Positions 48,180-57,382 of a stretch of 64,000 nucleotides of DNA are shown here, in pieces. Both the position numbers and the translations under genes were made by a program. Under the pieces are notes generated by a model. It ran no database searches, had not been told where the DNA came from, and worked only from the letters and a program-made list of their open reading frames with translations. The DNA is taken from NCBI GenBank assembly GCA_934546935.1, contig CAKTEH010000008.1:669-64668 (forward strand). The letters run 5' to 3'. Source of the DNA: an uncultured Eubacteriales bacterium (GTDB lineage: Bacteria; Bacillota; Clostridia; Oscillospirales; QAMX01). Position 1 is the first letter of the stretch. Each line of letters begins with the position of its first letter.

Positions 48180-49577
48180 ATGAAAAAGCAGGCGTTTAAT
48201 CCCTATCTTCCTTCCTGGGAATACATACCGGATGCGGAACCTTATGTATTCAACAATCGCGTTTATATCTATGGTTCCCATGACGCCTATAACGGCTATG
48301 TCTTTTGTATGGGCGATTATGTGTGCTGGTCTGCGCCGGTAAACGATTTAGGAAACTGGCGCTATGAAGGCGTCATTTATCCGAAAACAGAGGATCCTTT
48401 GAATCCGGAGGGGAAGATGTGCCTTTATGCGCCGGATGTTACGCAGGGACCGGATGGGCGCTACTATCTTTATTATGTATTGGATAAGGTAGACGTTGTA
48501 TCTGTTGCCGTTTGCGACATCCCTGCGGGACGCTACCGTTTTTATGGCTATGTCCATTATCCCGACGGAACCCTGTTGGGGAAAAAACCGGGGGATGAAC
48601 CGCAGTTTGATCCTGCGGTGCTGCTGGAGGACGGAAAAGTCTATCTCTATACCGGTTTCTGCGGCCGGGGAGATAAATCCCGTCACGGCGCGATGGCAAC
48701 GGTGCTCGCAAGCGATATGCTGACAGTGCTCGAGGAGCCAAAAATCGTTGCGCCGGGCAGCGAATACAGTGCCGGAACGGATTTCGAGGGGCATGCTTTT
48801 TTCGAAGCGTCCTCAATCCGGAAAATTGGGGCCGCCTATTATCTGGTATATTCTTCCCAGGTCATGCATGAACTGTGTTATGCGGTCAGCAAAACCCCCA
48901 CAGAAGGTTTTCGCTATGGCGGCGTAATCGTTTCCAACTGCGATCTTGGCATAGATACGTATAAGCCTGCGGGGATGCCCGCCGCTTATGGTTCAAATAA
49001 CCACGGCGGACTGGTTGAGATCGCAGGCCAGTGGTATATTTTTTATCACCGGCATACGAACGGTACCTGGTATAGCCGGCAGGGTTGCGCCGAGCCGGTG
49101 GAGTTCCTGTCTGATGGCCGGATCCCGCAGGTGGAGATCAGTTCCTGCGGCCTAAACGGCGGACCACTGAAGGGCCGCGGGCAGTACCCGGCCTATATCG
49201 CTTGCCATCTGTTTACAGACGAGCAGTGCGCCATTGTCCGCCCGGGACGTTTCCCAAAGGTAATGCAGGATGGCCGCGATGGAGATGAGGAGCCCGGTTA
49301 TATCGGGAATATTTCTGACAGCGCAACGATTGGGTTCAAAGCGTTTGATATGCGGGGTGTATCCTGCGTGGGCATCGCGACACGGGGCTATGCCAAAGGC
49401 GTATTTGAAGTCCGCACAGCCTGGGATGGCGCGGTCCTTGGCACGATCCCAATTGCTTACAGCAATGTCTGGGAAGATGCGCATGCACAGATAGAAATTC
49501 CCGATGGTGTTCATGCGTTGTATCTGACTTTCCGTGGGTTTGGAAATTGCAGTTTGCAGTATGTTTCACTGGAGTAA
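48180..49577 (+). CDS. Glycoside hydrolase family 43 (beta-xylosidase/alpha-L-arabinofuranosidase-like) with a C-terminal beta-sandwich
   Basis: NPYLPSWEYIPDAEPYVFNNRVYIYGSHD...LYAPDVTQGPDGRYYLYY...FFEASSIRKIGAAYYLVYS is a GH43 propeller. The tail ends ...LYLTFRGFGNCSLQYVSLE and looks CBM-like. Confidence 0.88.
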   Translation: MKKQAFNPYLPSWEYIPDAEPYVFNNRVYIYGSHDAYNGYVFCMGDYVCWSAPVNDLGNWRYEGVIYPKTEDPLNPEGKMCLYAPDVTQGPDGRYYLYYVLDKVDVVSVAVCDIPAGRYRFYGYVHYPDGTLLGKKPGDEPQFDPAVLLEDGKVYLYTGFCGRGDKSRHGAMATVLASDMLTVLEEPKIVAPGSEYSAGTDFEGHAFFEASSIRKIGAAYYLVYSSQVMHELCYAVSKTPTEGFRYGGVIVSNCDLGIDTYKPAGMPAAYGSNNHGGLVEIAGQWYIFYHRHTNGTWYSRQGCAEPVEFLSDGRIPQVEISSCGLNGGPLKGRGQYPAYIACHLFTDEQCAIVRPGRFPKVMQDGRDGDEEPGYIGNISDSATIGFKAFDMRGVSCVGIATRGYAKGVFEVRTAWDGAVLGTIPIAYSNVWEDAHAQIEIPDGVHALYLTFRGFGNCSLQYVSLE

Positions 49578-49596
49578 ATAAGAAAACATTCAAATG

Positions 49597-49639
49597 AAAA
49601 GAGCACGCCGAGATATGCAGGCGTGCTCTTTTTTTTTTT
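49597..49639 (+). terminator. Intrinsic terminator of the GH43 pair
   Basis: Stem GAGCACGCC / GGCGTGCTC (49601-09 / 49620-28), followed by eleven T. Confidence 0.85.
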
Positions 49640-49929
49640 CAATTTGTTGCCGCATCCTTTGTGCTCCCTTGGAAGGAAGGGCCTGTTTTTCTGCCTGCCG
49701 GGAAGTATAAAAAAGCGCATAAAGGAACGCTTGCCTGAAAAACCGGCCTCTGTTTTGAAAAGGGTCTTCCCAGTCCCTCCCGTTTTTATAAACACACGCA
49801 CCGGGCAAAGTACCAAAATGGGGACGTTTCTTCATAAAAACCATCTGTGCTTTTGATGACATGCGCATTAAAACCCCATGATATTACCGGCTTTTGTTCA
49901 GGAATCGGGCATGTATATAAAGAATTCCC

Positions 49930-51138
49930 CTATGGGCGGTTGTTAGCCGTTTCATGACAGATGTCTAGATATACCGGGCTTCTTTGGCGTGGATTCCCGC
50001 CCCGCGCGGAGGACTCCGGGATTCCCAGAGCCCAGAGCAAATCAGCCTGGGTTTCCAACCGGAACAGTTCGCTGTCTGCGTCGCGCAGGCGCCATGCAGA
50101 AGCTGGTTTGGCGACGACAGATAGGTTGCCTGGGATCTGCGCCAGTACTGCCCGGCCTGTCCGGTTCAGTGCCAGAATCCTTATATAGGAAGGAAGGACT
50201 GTTTGGTGTGCCGCCTGGAGGCCTGTATAGGCTGCCATTGCAATACGCCGGATGCGCGCATGGGTATAGCGTTTGGTTTTGACCTGTGCGCAGAATCCGG
50301 CAAGCGTCGGCGCGTTTTGCGCCGCCCGGAAAAGCCGGTTTTCCAGCCCTTCCGACACATCGGGAAGCCCGGCAAAATCACCGGGCGTCATCCTGCGCAA
50401 TTGCGCCAGTATGGCGCATTCCAAAGCCGCTGTGGTAACTGGTGCCCGGCCTGCGTCCTGCTCACAGCGATAGGCAGATTCTGATTCCGGCGTCAGGAAA
50501 GGACGGGCGTCGCCGCCTGCGGAGAGGATACGGCGGATGAAGGAGGCGCTTGCGGTTGTGCCTACATAATCCGCGTCATGTCCCGCGCCGGTGCGCGGGA
50601 CCGGCAGCGGGCGGATCCCGGGATAATCCGCCATTGCTTGCAGGTACTCTACGGCAAGCATAGTATTTGGCTGGGAAAGAAGCGCCGCAGCTTGTGGGTC
50701 GGATGCGCATACCGCCGCGGACAGCGCACGGGGATAATCAAAGCCCTGCGCCAGATATGCATGCAGCCTTTCTTTTGTCGCCGCATTGGTGCAAAGCGAT
50801 GCCGTCCGGATAAGCGCCGCCGGATCGGCGCATTCAGCGCCGAAAGATAGAATACCGGCGCCAAGCGCGGCAGCCAAATGCACGCCTGCCCTGGCAAAAC
50901 GCGGCGCGGCAGCCATTGCAAAGGCGTGGGGCAGTTCGATTATAAGGTCTGCGCCGCCGTATACGGCAGTGCAGGCCCGGGCAAATTTGTCCAAGATGGC
51001 GGGCTCCCCACGCTGGACAAACTGTCCGCTCATGATGCAGGCGACCGCATCTGCGCCATTTTTGCGTACGGCCTGGATATGCTGCCTGTGTCCACGGTGG
51101 AACGGATTGTATTCACAAATAATTGCCGCAATATTCAT
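49930..51138 (-). CDS. tmcAL: tRNA(Met) cytidine acetate ligase (UPF0348/YlbM family)
   Basis: MNIAAIICEYNPFHRGHRQHIQ...IMSGQFVQRGEPAILDKFARA...DLIIELP is the nucleotidyltransferase HxGH-type signature of TmcAL. Confidence 0.88.
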   Translation of the reverse strand: MNIAAIICEYNPFHRGHRQHIQAVRKNGADAVACIMSGQFVQRGEPAILDKFARACTAVYGGADLIIELPHAFAMAAAPRFARAGVHLAAALGAGILSFGAECADPAALIRTASLCTNAATKERLHAYLAQGFDYPRALSAAVCASDPQAAALLSQPNTMLAVEYLQAMADYPGIRPLPVPRTGAGHDADYVGTTASASFIRRILSAGGDARPFLTPESESAYRCEQDAGRAPVTTAALECAILAQLRRMTPGDFAGLPDVSEGLENRLFRAAQNAPTLAGFCAQVKTKRYTHARIRRIAMAAYTGLQAAHQTVLPSYIRILALNRTGRAVLAQIPGNLSVVAKPASAWRLRDADSELFRLETQADLLWALGIPESSARGGNPRQRSPVYLDICHETANNRP

Positions 51139-51277
51139 GGGCGTCTCCTGTTGTTATTTTGCAGTGGATTTGGTATAATGGGAATGGATTTGGATGGGAA
51201 ATCATATATTTGCAGCGTATATATGCCTGTCCGTCCGCCGCAGATATGCGGCGGGAAACAGATGGAGGGGACTGGAT

Positions 51278-52000
51278 ATGAGAATTATTTTTATCCGGCA
51301 TGGCGATCCCGATTACGAGCATGACACCCTGACCGAGAAAGGCCGCAGAGAAGCTTCGCTTTTGGCGGGCCGTGTTGCAAAATGGAAGGATATCGACGCA
51401 TTTTATGTTTCGCCGCTGGGCCGCGCGCAGGCGACTGCAAAACCTTCTCTGGAGCGCACCGGCCGTACGGCGCTTACCTTCAGCTGGCTGCGTGAAGTGG
51501 CCGGGCGGGTAATGCTGCCGAACCGGGCCGGTCTGCATATACCTTGGGATTTTTATCCCGCCTATTGGACGAAAATGCCTGAGATGTATGACCGGGAAGG
51601 CTGGGTCAATTCACAGATCATCCGTACCGGCGATACCGCGCGTGAATGGGAATACATAAAAAATTCACTTGACTGGCTGCTGCGTGATTACGGTTATTGC
51701 CGCGAGGACGGGCTGTATAAAGTTGAACAGCACAGCGACAAAACGATTGTACTTTTCTGTCATATGGGCGTAACGCTGTTCATGCTTGGGCATTTGCTTA
51801 ATATCTCGCCGATGCTTTTGATGCATGGCTTTGATATCCCGCCTACTGGCGTTACGATTGTAGCCAGCGAGGAGGTTGTGCCGGGAGAAGCATATTTCCG
51901 CTGCCATTTGCTTGGCGATACCCGGCACTTATACGAGGGCGGGGAGCCTGTTTCCCAGTCCGGCTATTTTGCCCCGCTGTTTCAGGAACTGGAAGGCTGA
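51278..52000 (+). CDS. Histidine phosphatase family protein (phosphoglycerate-mutase-like)
   Basis: Start set at ATG 51278, with GGAGGGG upstream. MRIIFIRHGDPDYEHDTLTEKGRREA...VSPLGRAQATA shows the RHG catalytic motif. Confidence 0.85.
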   Translation: MRIIFIRHGDPDYEHDTLTEKGRREASLLAGRVAKWKDIDAFYVSPLGRAQATAKPSLERTGRTALTFSWLREVAGRVMLPNRAGLHIPWDFYPAYWTKMPEMYDREGWVNSQIIRTGDTAREWEYIKNSLDWLLRDYGYCREDGLYKVEQHSDKTIVLFCHMGVTLFMLGHLLNISPMLLMHGFDIPPTGVTIVASEEVVPGEAYFRCHLLGDTRHLYEGGEPVSQSGYFAPLFQELEG

Positions 52001-52057
52001 ATTGGAAGCAGATCCAGTTTTTTGCCGGGAAGTTTCGATAAATCTTTATGGAAAAGC

Positions 52058-52086
52058 TTGCGTTTGCCGCAAAAATATTGTAGAAT
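52058..52086 (+). promoter_or_regulatory. Promoter upstream of the ackA leader
   Basis: TTGCGT (52058-63), a 17-nt spacer, then TAGAAT (52081-86). Confidence 0.5.
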
Positions 52087-52272
52087 GAACGGTGGTGTTG
52101 CGCGTCCATTGTATCATGCCGGGCCTTGTGTTGCAAGTGCTGTGGCCGGGGTACGCGGGCGGCGCACCTCTGTAAACCTATAGTCCGGTACGGCCGCGGC
52201 AGGTCTGCATATATGCGGTATGATGCCCGGCAGGCAGGTTGCGCGGTGCGCCGGTACTGCGCGTCCAAAAAT

Positions 52273-53490
52273 ATGAAAAAGAAAGGTCTGAGTTTGTTGC
52301 ATATTCTCGTCATCAATGCGGGAAGCTCCTCGCTGAAGTATCAGTTTTTCAATATGGACAACCATGAGGTCTTGGCAAAAGGTATCTGTGAGCGTATTGG
52401 CGCAGGCGGACATATGCGCCACAGCGTTGCGGGCAAGGTTGTTTTGGAGAAGGATACCGACATGCCGGATCATTCGGTTGCCGTTGAAAACGTCTTGGCA
52501 GCGCTGACCGATGCGGAGTTCGGCGTGATCTCCGATATGGGAATGGTCGATGCTGTTGGCCACCGTGTGCTCCATGGCGGACAAAAATTCTCCGGAAGCA
52601 TGGTCGTGAATGATGAAGTGCTTGCCGCGATCGAGGCGTGCATCCCTCTCGGCCCGCTTCATAACCCGGCAAACCTGATGGGAATCCGCGCCTGTCAGAA
52701 AGTTATGCCCGGTGTGCCGCAGGTCGCTGTTTTCGATACGGCGTTCCATCAGACGATGCCGGAGCAGAGCTACCTTTATGCAATTCCGTATGAGTATTAT
52801 GAAAAGTACGGTATCCGTAAATACGGCTTCCACGGTACCTCGCACCGCTATGTTTCCGCACGCTGCGCCGAGCTGTACGGCAAGCCGGCGGAGCAGCTCA
52901 ACATCATCACCTGCCATCTTGGCAACGGGTCTTCTGTGGCTGCGGTCAAAGGCGGAAAGTGCTTCGATACCTCGATGGGCCTGACTCCGCTGGATGGCCT
53001 TGTCATGGGCACCCGCTGCGGTTCTATCGATCCGGCTGTCGTAGGTTTTATTTGTGAGCAGACGGGCGCTTCTGCCTCGGAGGTTGTCACCATGCTCAAT
53101 AAAGAGTCCGGGCTTTTGGCAGTTTCCGGTATTTCCGGCGACTACCGCGATGTCAGCGCTGCTGATGAGGCCGGCGATCATCGTGCGCATATCGCCCGTG
53201 AAATGCTGTTCCAGTCGATTAAGCGCTATATCGGCGGCTATGCGGCCGAAATGGGCGGCGTAGACGCGCTGGTTTTTACAGCGGGTATCGGCGAAAATAA
53301 TGATTATTTGCGCCAGAAGGTAGCCGATGGCTTGGAATTTATGGGAATTGCTGTTGATCCGGTAAAGAATGCCGGCCGCGGCGAAGATCGTGAAATCAGC
53401 GCCGAAGGGGCCCGCGTGCGTACCTTCGTTATTTCCACCGATGAGGAACTGATGATCGCGATGGACACCGAGGAACTGACCTCAAAATAA
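52273..53490 (+). CDS. ackA: Acetate kinase
   Basis: ILVINAGSSSLKYQFF...HRVLHGG...FDTAFHQTMP...FHGTSHRY...GIGENN are canonical. The start is ambiguous: ATG 52273 has no SD, while TTG 52294 has GAAAGG 7 nt upstream and gives MLHILVINAGSSS. The track start at 52126 is rejected. Confidence 0.95.
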   Translation: MKKKGLSLLHILVINAGSSSLKYQFFNMDNHEVLAKGICERIGAGGHMRHSVAGKVVLEKDTDMPDHSVAVENVLAALTDAEFGVISDMGMVDAVGHRVLHGGQKFSGSMVVNDEVLAAIEACIPLGPLHNPANLMGIRACQKVMPGVPQVAVFDTAFHQTMPEQSYLYAIPYEYYEKYGIRKYGFHGTSHRYVSARCAELYGKPAEQLNIITCHLGNGSSVAAVKGGKCFDTSMGLTPLDGLVMGTRCGSIDPAVVGFICEQTGASASEVVTMLNKESGLLAVSGISGDYRDVSAADEAGDHRAHIAREMLFQSIKRYIGGYAAEMGGVDALVFTAGIGENNDYLRQKVADGLEFMGIAVDPVKNAGRGEDREISAEGARVRTFVISTDEELMIAMDTEELTSK

Positions 53491-53569
53491 ATGCGTTAAA
53501 ATCCGGCGCGGTTTTCAAACCGGTTTTTAAGATATGTAAGGTTTTACAAATTTTATAGGAGGAATTCTA

Positions 53570-56500
53570 ATGGCCAGAAAATTCAAGACCATGGACGGCA
53601 ACAACGCGGCGGCATATGTGTCCTATGCGTTTACCGAGGTCGCGGGCATCTATCCGATTACGCCCTCGAGCCCCATGGCAGACTATGTTGACCAGTGGGC
53701 AGCCGCCGGTCAGAAGAATATTTTCGGCACGACTGTAAAAGTTGTGGAAATGCAGTCCGAAGCAGGCGCCGCAGGTACTGTCCACGGTTCTCTCGCCGCT
53801 GGTGCGCTGACGACGACCTATACCGCTTCCCAAGGCCTGCTGCTCATGATCCCGAACATGTATAAAATCGCGGGCGAGCTTCTGCCGGGCGTATTCCACG
53901 TTTCAGCCAGAACCGTCGCTTCCCATGCGCTGAATATTTTCGGCGACCATTCCGACGTTTATGCCTGCCGGCAGACCGGTTTTGCGATGCTCGCCGAGGG
54001 CAATGTCCAGGAAGTTATGGATCTTGCCGCCGTAGCGCACCTGGCTGCGATCAAAAGCCGCGTGCCTTTTTTGAACTTCTTTGATGGTTTCCGGACTTCC
54101 CACGAGATCCAGAAAATTGCAATCTGGGACTATGATGATCTTAAGGAAATGTGCGATATGGACGCTGTTGAAGCGTTCCGTGCCCGTGCGCTGAATCCGG
54201 AGCATCCGGTTATGCGCGGTTCCCACCAGAATGGCGATATCTTCTTCCAGAACCGTGAAGCATCCAACGCTTATTACGAAGCGGTTCCGGGCATCGTGGA
54301 AGAATACATGGATAAGGTCAATGCCAAGCTCGGCACGGACTATAAGCTTTTCAACTACTACGGCGCACCGGATGCGGACCGCGTCATCATTGCGATGGGA
54401 TCTATCTGCGACGTCGCCGAAGAAGTTATTGATTATCTCAATGCGCACGGCGAAAAAGTCGGCCTGATTAAGGTACGCCTGTACCGTCCGTTTGCCGCTG
54501 ACCGCTTGATTTCCGCGTTGCCGAAGACTGCGAAGAAAGTTGCGGTTCTCGACCGTACTAAGGAACCCGGCGCACTTGGCGAGCCGCTCTACCTTGACGT
54601 CGTTACTGCTTTTGCCAATGCCGGTCTCGGCGTGAAAGTCATCGGCGGCCGCTACGGGCTTGGTTCCAAGGATACCCCGCCATCCTCCGTCTTTGCCGTT
54701 TATGAAGAGCTGGCGAAAGACGCCCCGAAGGCGCAGTTCACTCTTGGCATCAACGACGACGTGACCCATATGTCCCTCGAAGAGAAGCCGGCGCCCAATA
54801 CTGCGGCGGAAGGCACCATCGAATGCAAGTTCTGGGGTCTCGGCGGCGACGGTACCGTTGGCGCGAATAAGAACTCCATCAAGATCATCGGTGATTATAC
54901 CGATAAATACGTACAGGCTTACTTCCAGTATGACTCGAAGAAGACCGGCGGTATTACGATTTCCCACCTGCGTTTCGGCGATAAGCCTATCCGCAGCCCG
55001 TATTATATCAATAAAGCTGACTTTGTCGCCTGCCATAACCCGTCTTACATCCTCAAGGGTTATAAGATGGTGCAGGACGTCAAGCCGGGCGGCGTTTTTA
55101 TGATCAACTGTCAGTGGACGCCTGAAGAACTTGACCGCCACCTCAATGCGGAAACCAAGCGTTACATTGCAAAGAATAATATCCAGCTTTATATCATTAA
55201 CGCGATTGACTTGTGTGCAAAGATCGGCATGGGCAAGCGCACCAATACGACCCTTCAGTCTGCATTCTTTACGCTGGCCAAAGTTATGCCGCAGGAAGAA
55301 GCTATCCAGCATATGAAGGACGCTGCCACGAAGTCCTACCTGCGTAAGGGTCAGGATGTCGTCGATATGAACCATAAGGCTATCGATGCCGGCGCTACCG
55401 CGTTTGTTAAGATCGACGTACCAGCCGCTTGGGCCGATGCAGTCGATGAAAAGGCTGACAAGGTTCTGGAAGGCCCGGACAAGCTCGTCAAGATGATCGA
55501 AAAGATTCAGGATCCGGTTAACCTCATGGACGGCGACAGCCTGCCGGTTTCCGCGTTTGTCGATCATGCAGACGGTACCTTTGAACAGGGCGCTTCTGCA
55601 TATGAAAAGCGCGGTGTAGCCGTTTTGGTTCCTTCCTGGGATGCAACCAAGTGCGCGCAGTGCAACCAGTGCTCTTATGTCTGTCCGCATGCGACGATCC
55701 GCCCGTATATGGTCAATGAAGCAGAGCTGGCCGCTGCACCGGAAGGCTTTAAAGCTGTCCCGGTTAAGGCTGGTAAGGGTAAGGGCGTTTACAGCTATGC
55801 GCTGACGATTTCCCCGCTCGACTGCATGGGCTGCGGCGTTTGCGTGGGCGTTTGCCCGACCAAGGCACTGGCTATGAAGCCGCAGGAAGAGGAGCTTGGC
55901 GAACAGAAGAGCTTCGATTATGCGGTTAAGAATATTACCGTTAAGGAAGAAACCACGGATAACACCGTCAAGGGCAGTCAGTTTAAAACTCCGCTCCTGG
56001 AGTTCTCCGGCTCCTGCGCAGGCTGTGCGGAAACCGCATATGCCCGCCTGATTACCCAGCTGTTCGGTGACCGTATGTACATCTCTAACGCGACCGGTTG
56101 TTCCTCCATCTGGGGCGGCCCGGCTGCAACCAGCCCGTATACCGTCAACCAGGAAGGCCACGGCCCGGCATGGGCAAACTCCTTGTTTGAAGATAACGCA
56201 GAGCACGGCCTTGGCATGCATTTGGCCGTCAAGGTTCGCCGTGCAAAGCTTGCCGACACCGTCCGTAAGCTGATCGCGGTTGATTATTGTGATGCAGACC
56301 TTAAGGCTGCCGGACAGGCATGGCTTGATGCCATGGACGATGCCGAAGGCTCCAAGGCCGCTGCGAAGAAGCTTATTGAAGAGCTGGAAGCCTCTGTGGA
56401 TCCGGATCTGACTGGTACCCAGTGGGAGAAGGAGTGGCTTGCCAACGGCAAGAAGTGCACCTGCGAAGCCTGCACGCTTGGCCGTGAAATTCTGGCTGAG

Positions 56501-57184
56501 AAGGATATGCTCGTAAAGAAGTCCGTCTGGATCTTCGGCGGCGACGGATGGGCATATGATATTGGATACGGCGGTCTTGATCACGTTATCGCAACCGGCG
56601 AAGACGTCAATATCATGGTCTTTGATACCGAAGTTTACTCCAACACCGGCGGACAGGCTTCTAAGGCCTCGAACATCGGTCAGGTTGCCCAGTTCGCAGC
56701 AGCCGGTAAGGCAATTGCGAAGAAGTCCCTGTCCGAAATTGCCATGGCTTACGGTTATGTCTATGTTGCACAGATTGCGATGGGCGCCAATCCTGCCCAG
56801 ACAATCCGCGCTATCGCCGAGGCAGAAGCTTATAAGGGCCCGTCCATTGTCATCGGCTACGCCCCGTGCGAAATGCACTCCATCAAGGGCGGCATGGTCA
56901 ACTGCCAGAGCGAGATGAAGAAGGCTGTCGAGTGCGGTTACTGGAATCTGTTCCGTTATAATCCGGCACTCAAGGCTGAAGGCAAGAACCCCTTCACGCT
57001 CGACTCCAAGGCTCCGGCCGGCGGTTATCGTGATTTCCTGATGAATGAAGCCCGTTACAGCTCCCTGGCCCGTGCAAATCCTGATCGTGCAAACGAACTG
57101 TTTGCCGAGAGTGAGGAAGCTGCAAAAGAGCGCTATGCGCACCTGCAGCGTCTGATCAAGCTCTATGCTCCGGAAGAAGCATAA
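53570..57184 (+). CDS. nifJ: Pyruvate:ferredoxin (flavodoxin) oxidoreductase, single-polypeptide type
   Basis: 1204 aa. It starts MDGNNAAAYVSYAFTEVAGIYPITPSSPMA. The central 2x[4Fe-4S] motifs are CAQCNQCSYVCP and CMGCGVCVGVCP. The TPP-binding GDGWAYDIGYGGLDH motif is present, and GGAGG SD is upstream. Confidence 0.97.
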   Translation: MARKFKTMDGNNAAAYVSYAFTEVAGIYPITPSSPMADYVDQWAAAGQKNIFGTTVKVVEMQSEAGAAGTVHGSLAAGALTTTYTASQGLLLMIPNMYKIAGELLPGVFHVSARTVASHALNIFGDHSDVYACRQTGFAMLAEGNVQEVMDLAAVAHLAAIKSRVPFLNFFDGFRTSHEIQKIAIWDYDDLKEMCDMDAVEAFRARALNPEHPVMRGSHQNGDIFFQNREASNAYYEAVPGIVEEYMDKVNAKLGTDYKLFNYYGAPDADRVIIAMGSICDVAEEVIDYLNAHGEKVGLIKVRLYRPFAADRLISALPKTAKKVAVLDRTKEPGALGEPLYLDVVTAFANAGLGVKVIGGRYGLGSKDTPPSSVFAVYEELAKDAPKAQFTLGINDDVTHMSLEEKPAPNTAAEGTIECKFWGLGGDGTVGANKNSIKIIGDYTDKYVQAYFQYDSKKTGGITISHLRFGDKPIRSPYYINKADFVACHNPSYILKGYKMVQDVKPGGVFMINCQWTPEELDRHLNAETKRYIAKNNIQLYIINAIDLCAKIGMGKRTNTTLQSAFFTLAKVMPQEEAIQHMKDAATKSYLRKGQDVVDMNHKAIDAGATAFVKIDVPAAWADAVDEKADKVLEGPDKLVKMIEKIQDPVNLMDGDSLPVSAFVDHADGTFEQGASAYEKRGVAVLVPSWDATKCAQCNQCSYVCPHATIRPYMVNEAELAAAPEGFKAVPVKAGKGKGVYSYALTISPLDCMGCGVCVGVCPTKALAMKPQEEELGEQKSFDYAVKNITVKEETTDNTVKGSQFKTPLLEFSGSCAGCAETAYARLITQLFGDRMYISNATGCSSIWGGPAATSPYTVNQEGHGPAWANSLFEDNAEHGLGMHLAVKVRRAKLADTVRKLIAVDYCDADLKAAGQAWLDAMDDAEGSKAAAKKLIEELEASVDPDLTGTQWEKEWLANGKKCTCEACTLGREILAEKDMLVKKSVWIFGGDGWAYDIGYGGLDHVIATGEDVNIMVFDTEVYSNTGGQASKASNIGQVAQFAAAGKAIAKKSLSEIAMAYGYVYVAQIAMGANPAQTIRAIAEAEAYKGPSIVIGYAPCEMHSIKGGMVNCQSEMKKAVECGYWNLFRYNPALKAEGKNPFTLDSKAPAGGYRDFLMNEARYSSLARANPDRANELFAESEEAAKERYAHLQRLIKLYAPEEA

Positions 57185-57204
57185 ATTTAAGCTTTAAAAA
57201 GATT

Positions 57205-57239
57205 GCGTCCCCTGCGGAATTTCCGCAGGGGACGCTTTT
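57205..57239 (+). terminator. Intrinsic terminator of PFOR
   Basis: GCGTCCCCTGCGG-AATTT-CCGCAGGGGACGC is followed by TTTTG. Confidence 0.85.
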
Positions 57240-57382
57240 GTGTTGCACAAAAGCGCCGCATTTGCTATAATTTATAGGGAAATACAGATCATACGCAGCG
57301 CGCTGTGCGTTGTACGCATGAAAATCGGATCGATATCGCCAAAAAATCTCGTTTTTATGAGAATGGAGAAAGGACAGCCTGT

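Noticed and set aside
52099-52266. A 9-nt direct repeat TGCGCGTCC (52099-52107 and 52258-52266) flanks the GC-rich ackA leader. It was considered as the target-site duplication of a MITE-like insertion.
   Set aside because: No terminal inverted repeats lie inside the repeats, no second copy of the element occurs elsewhere in the window, and a repeat of this length in GC-rich sequence may be fortuitous.
53903-57142. 1079-aa antisense ORF covering almost all of the PFOR gene. Similar long antisense ORFs occur in ppdK (17981-19378, 19406-20614), the ABC genes (27443-29377), the polyamine genes (33974-34765, 34910-35782) and Ffh (9329-10027).
   Set aside because: These are shadow ORFs typical of GC-rich coding DNA. 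Their products are Arg/Ala/Gly/His-rich low-complexity strings with no family motifs and no SD. Each lies entirely opposite a gene with unambiguous conserved signatures.
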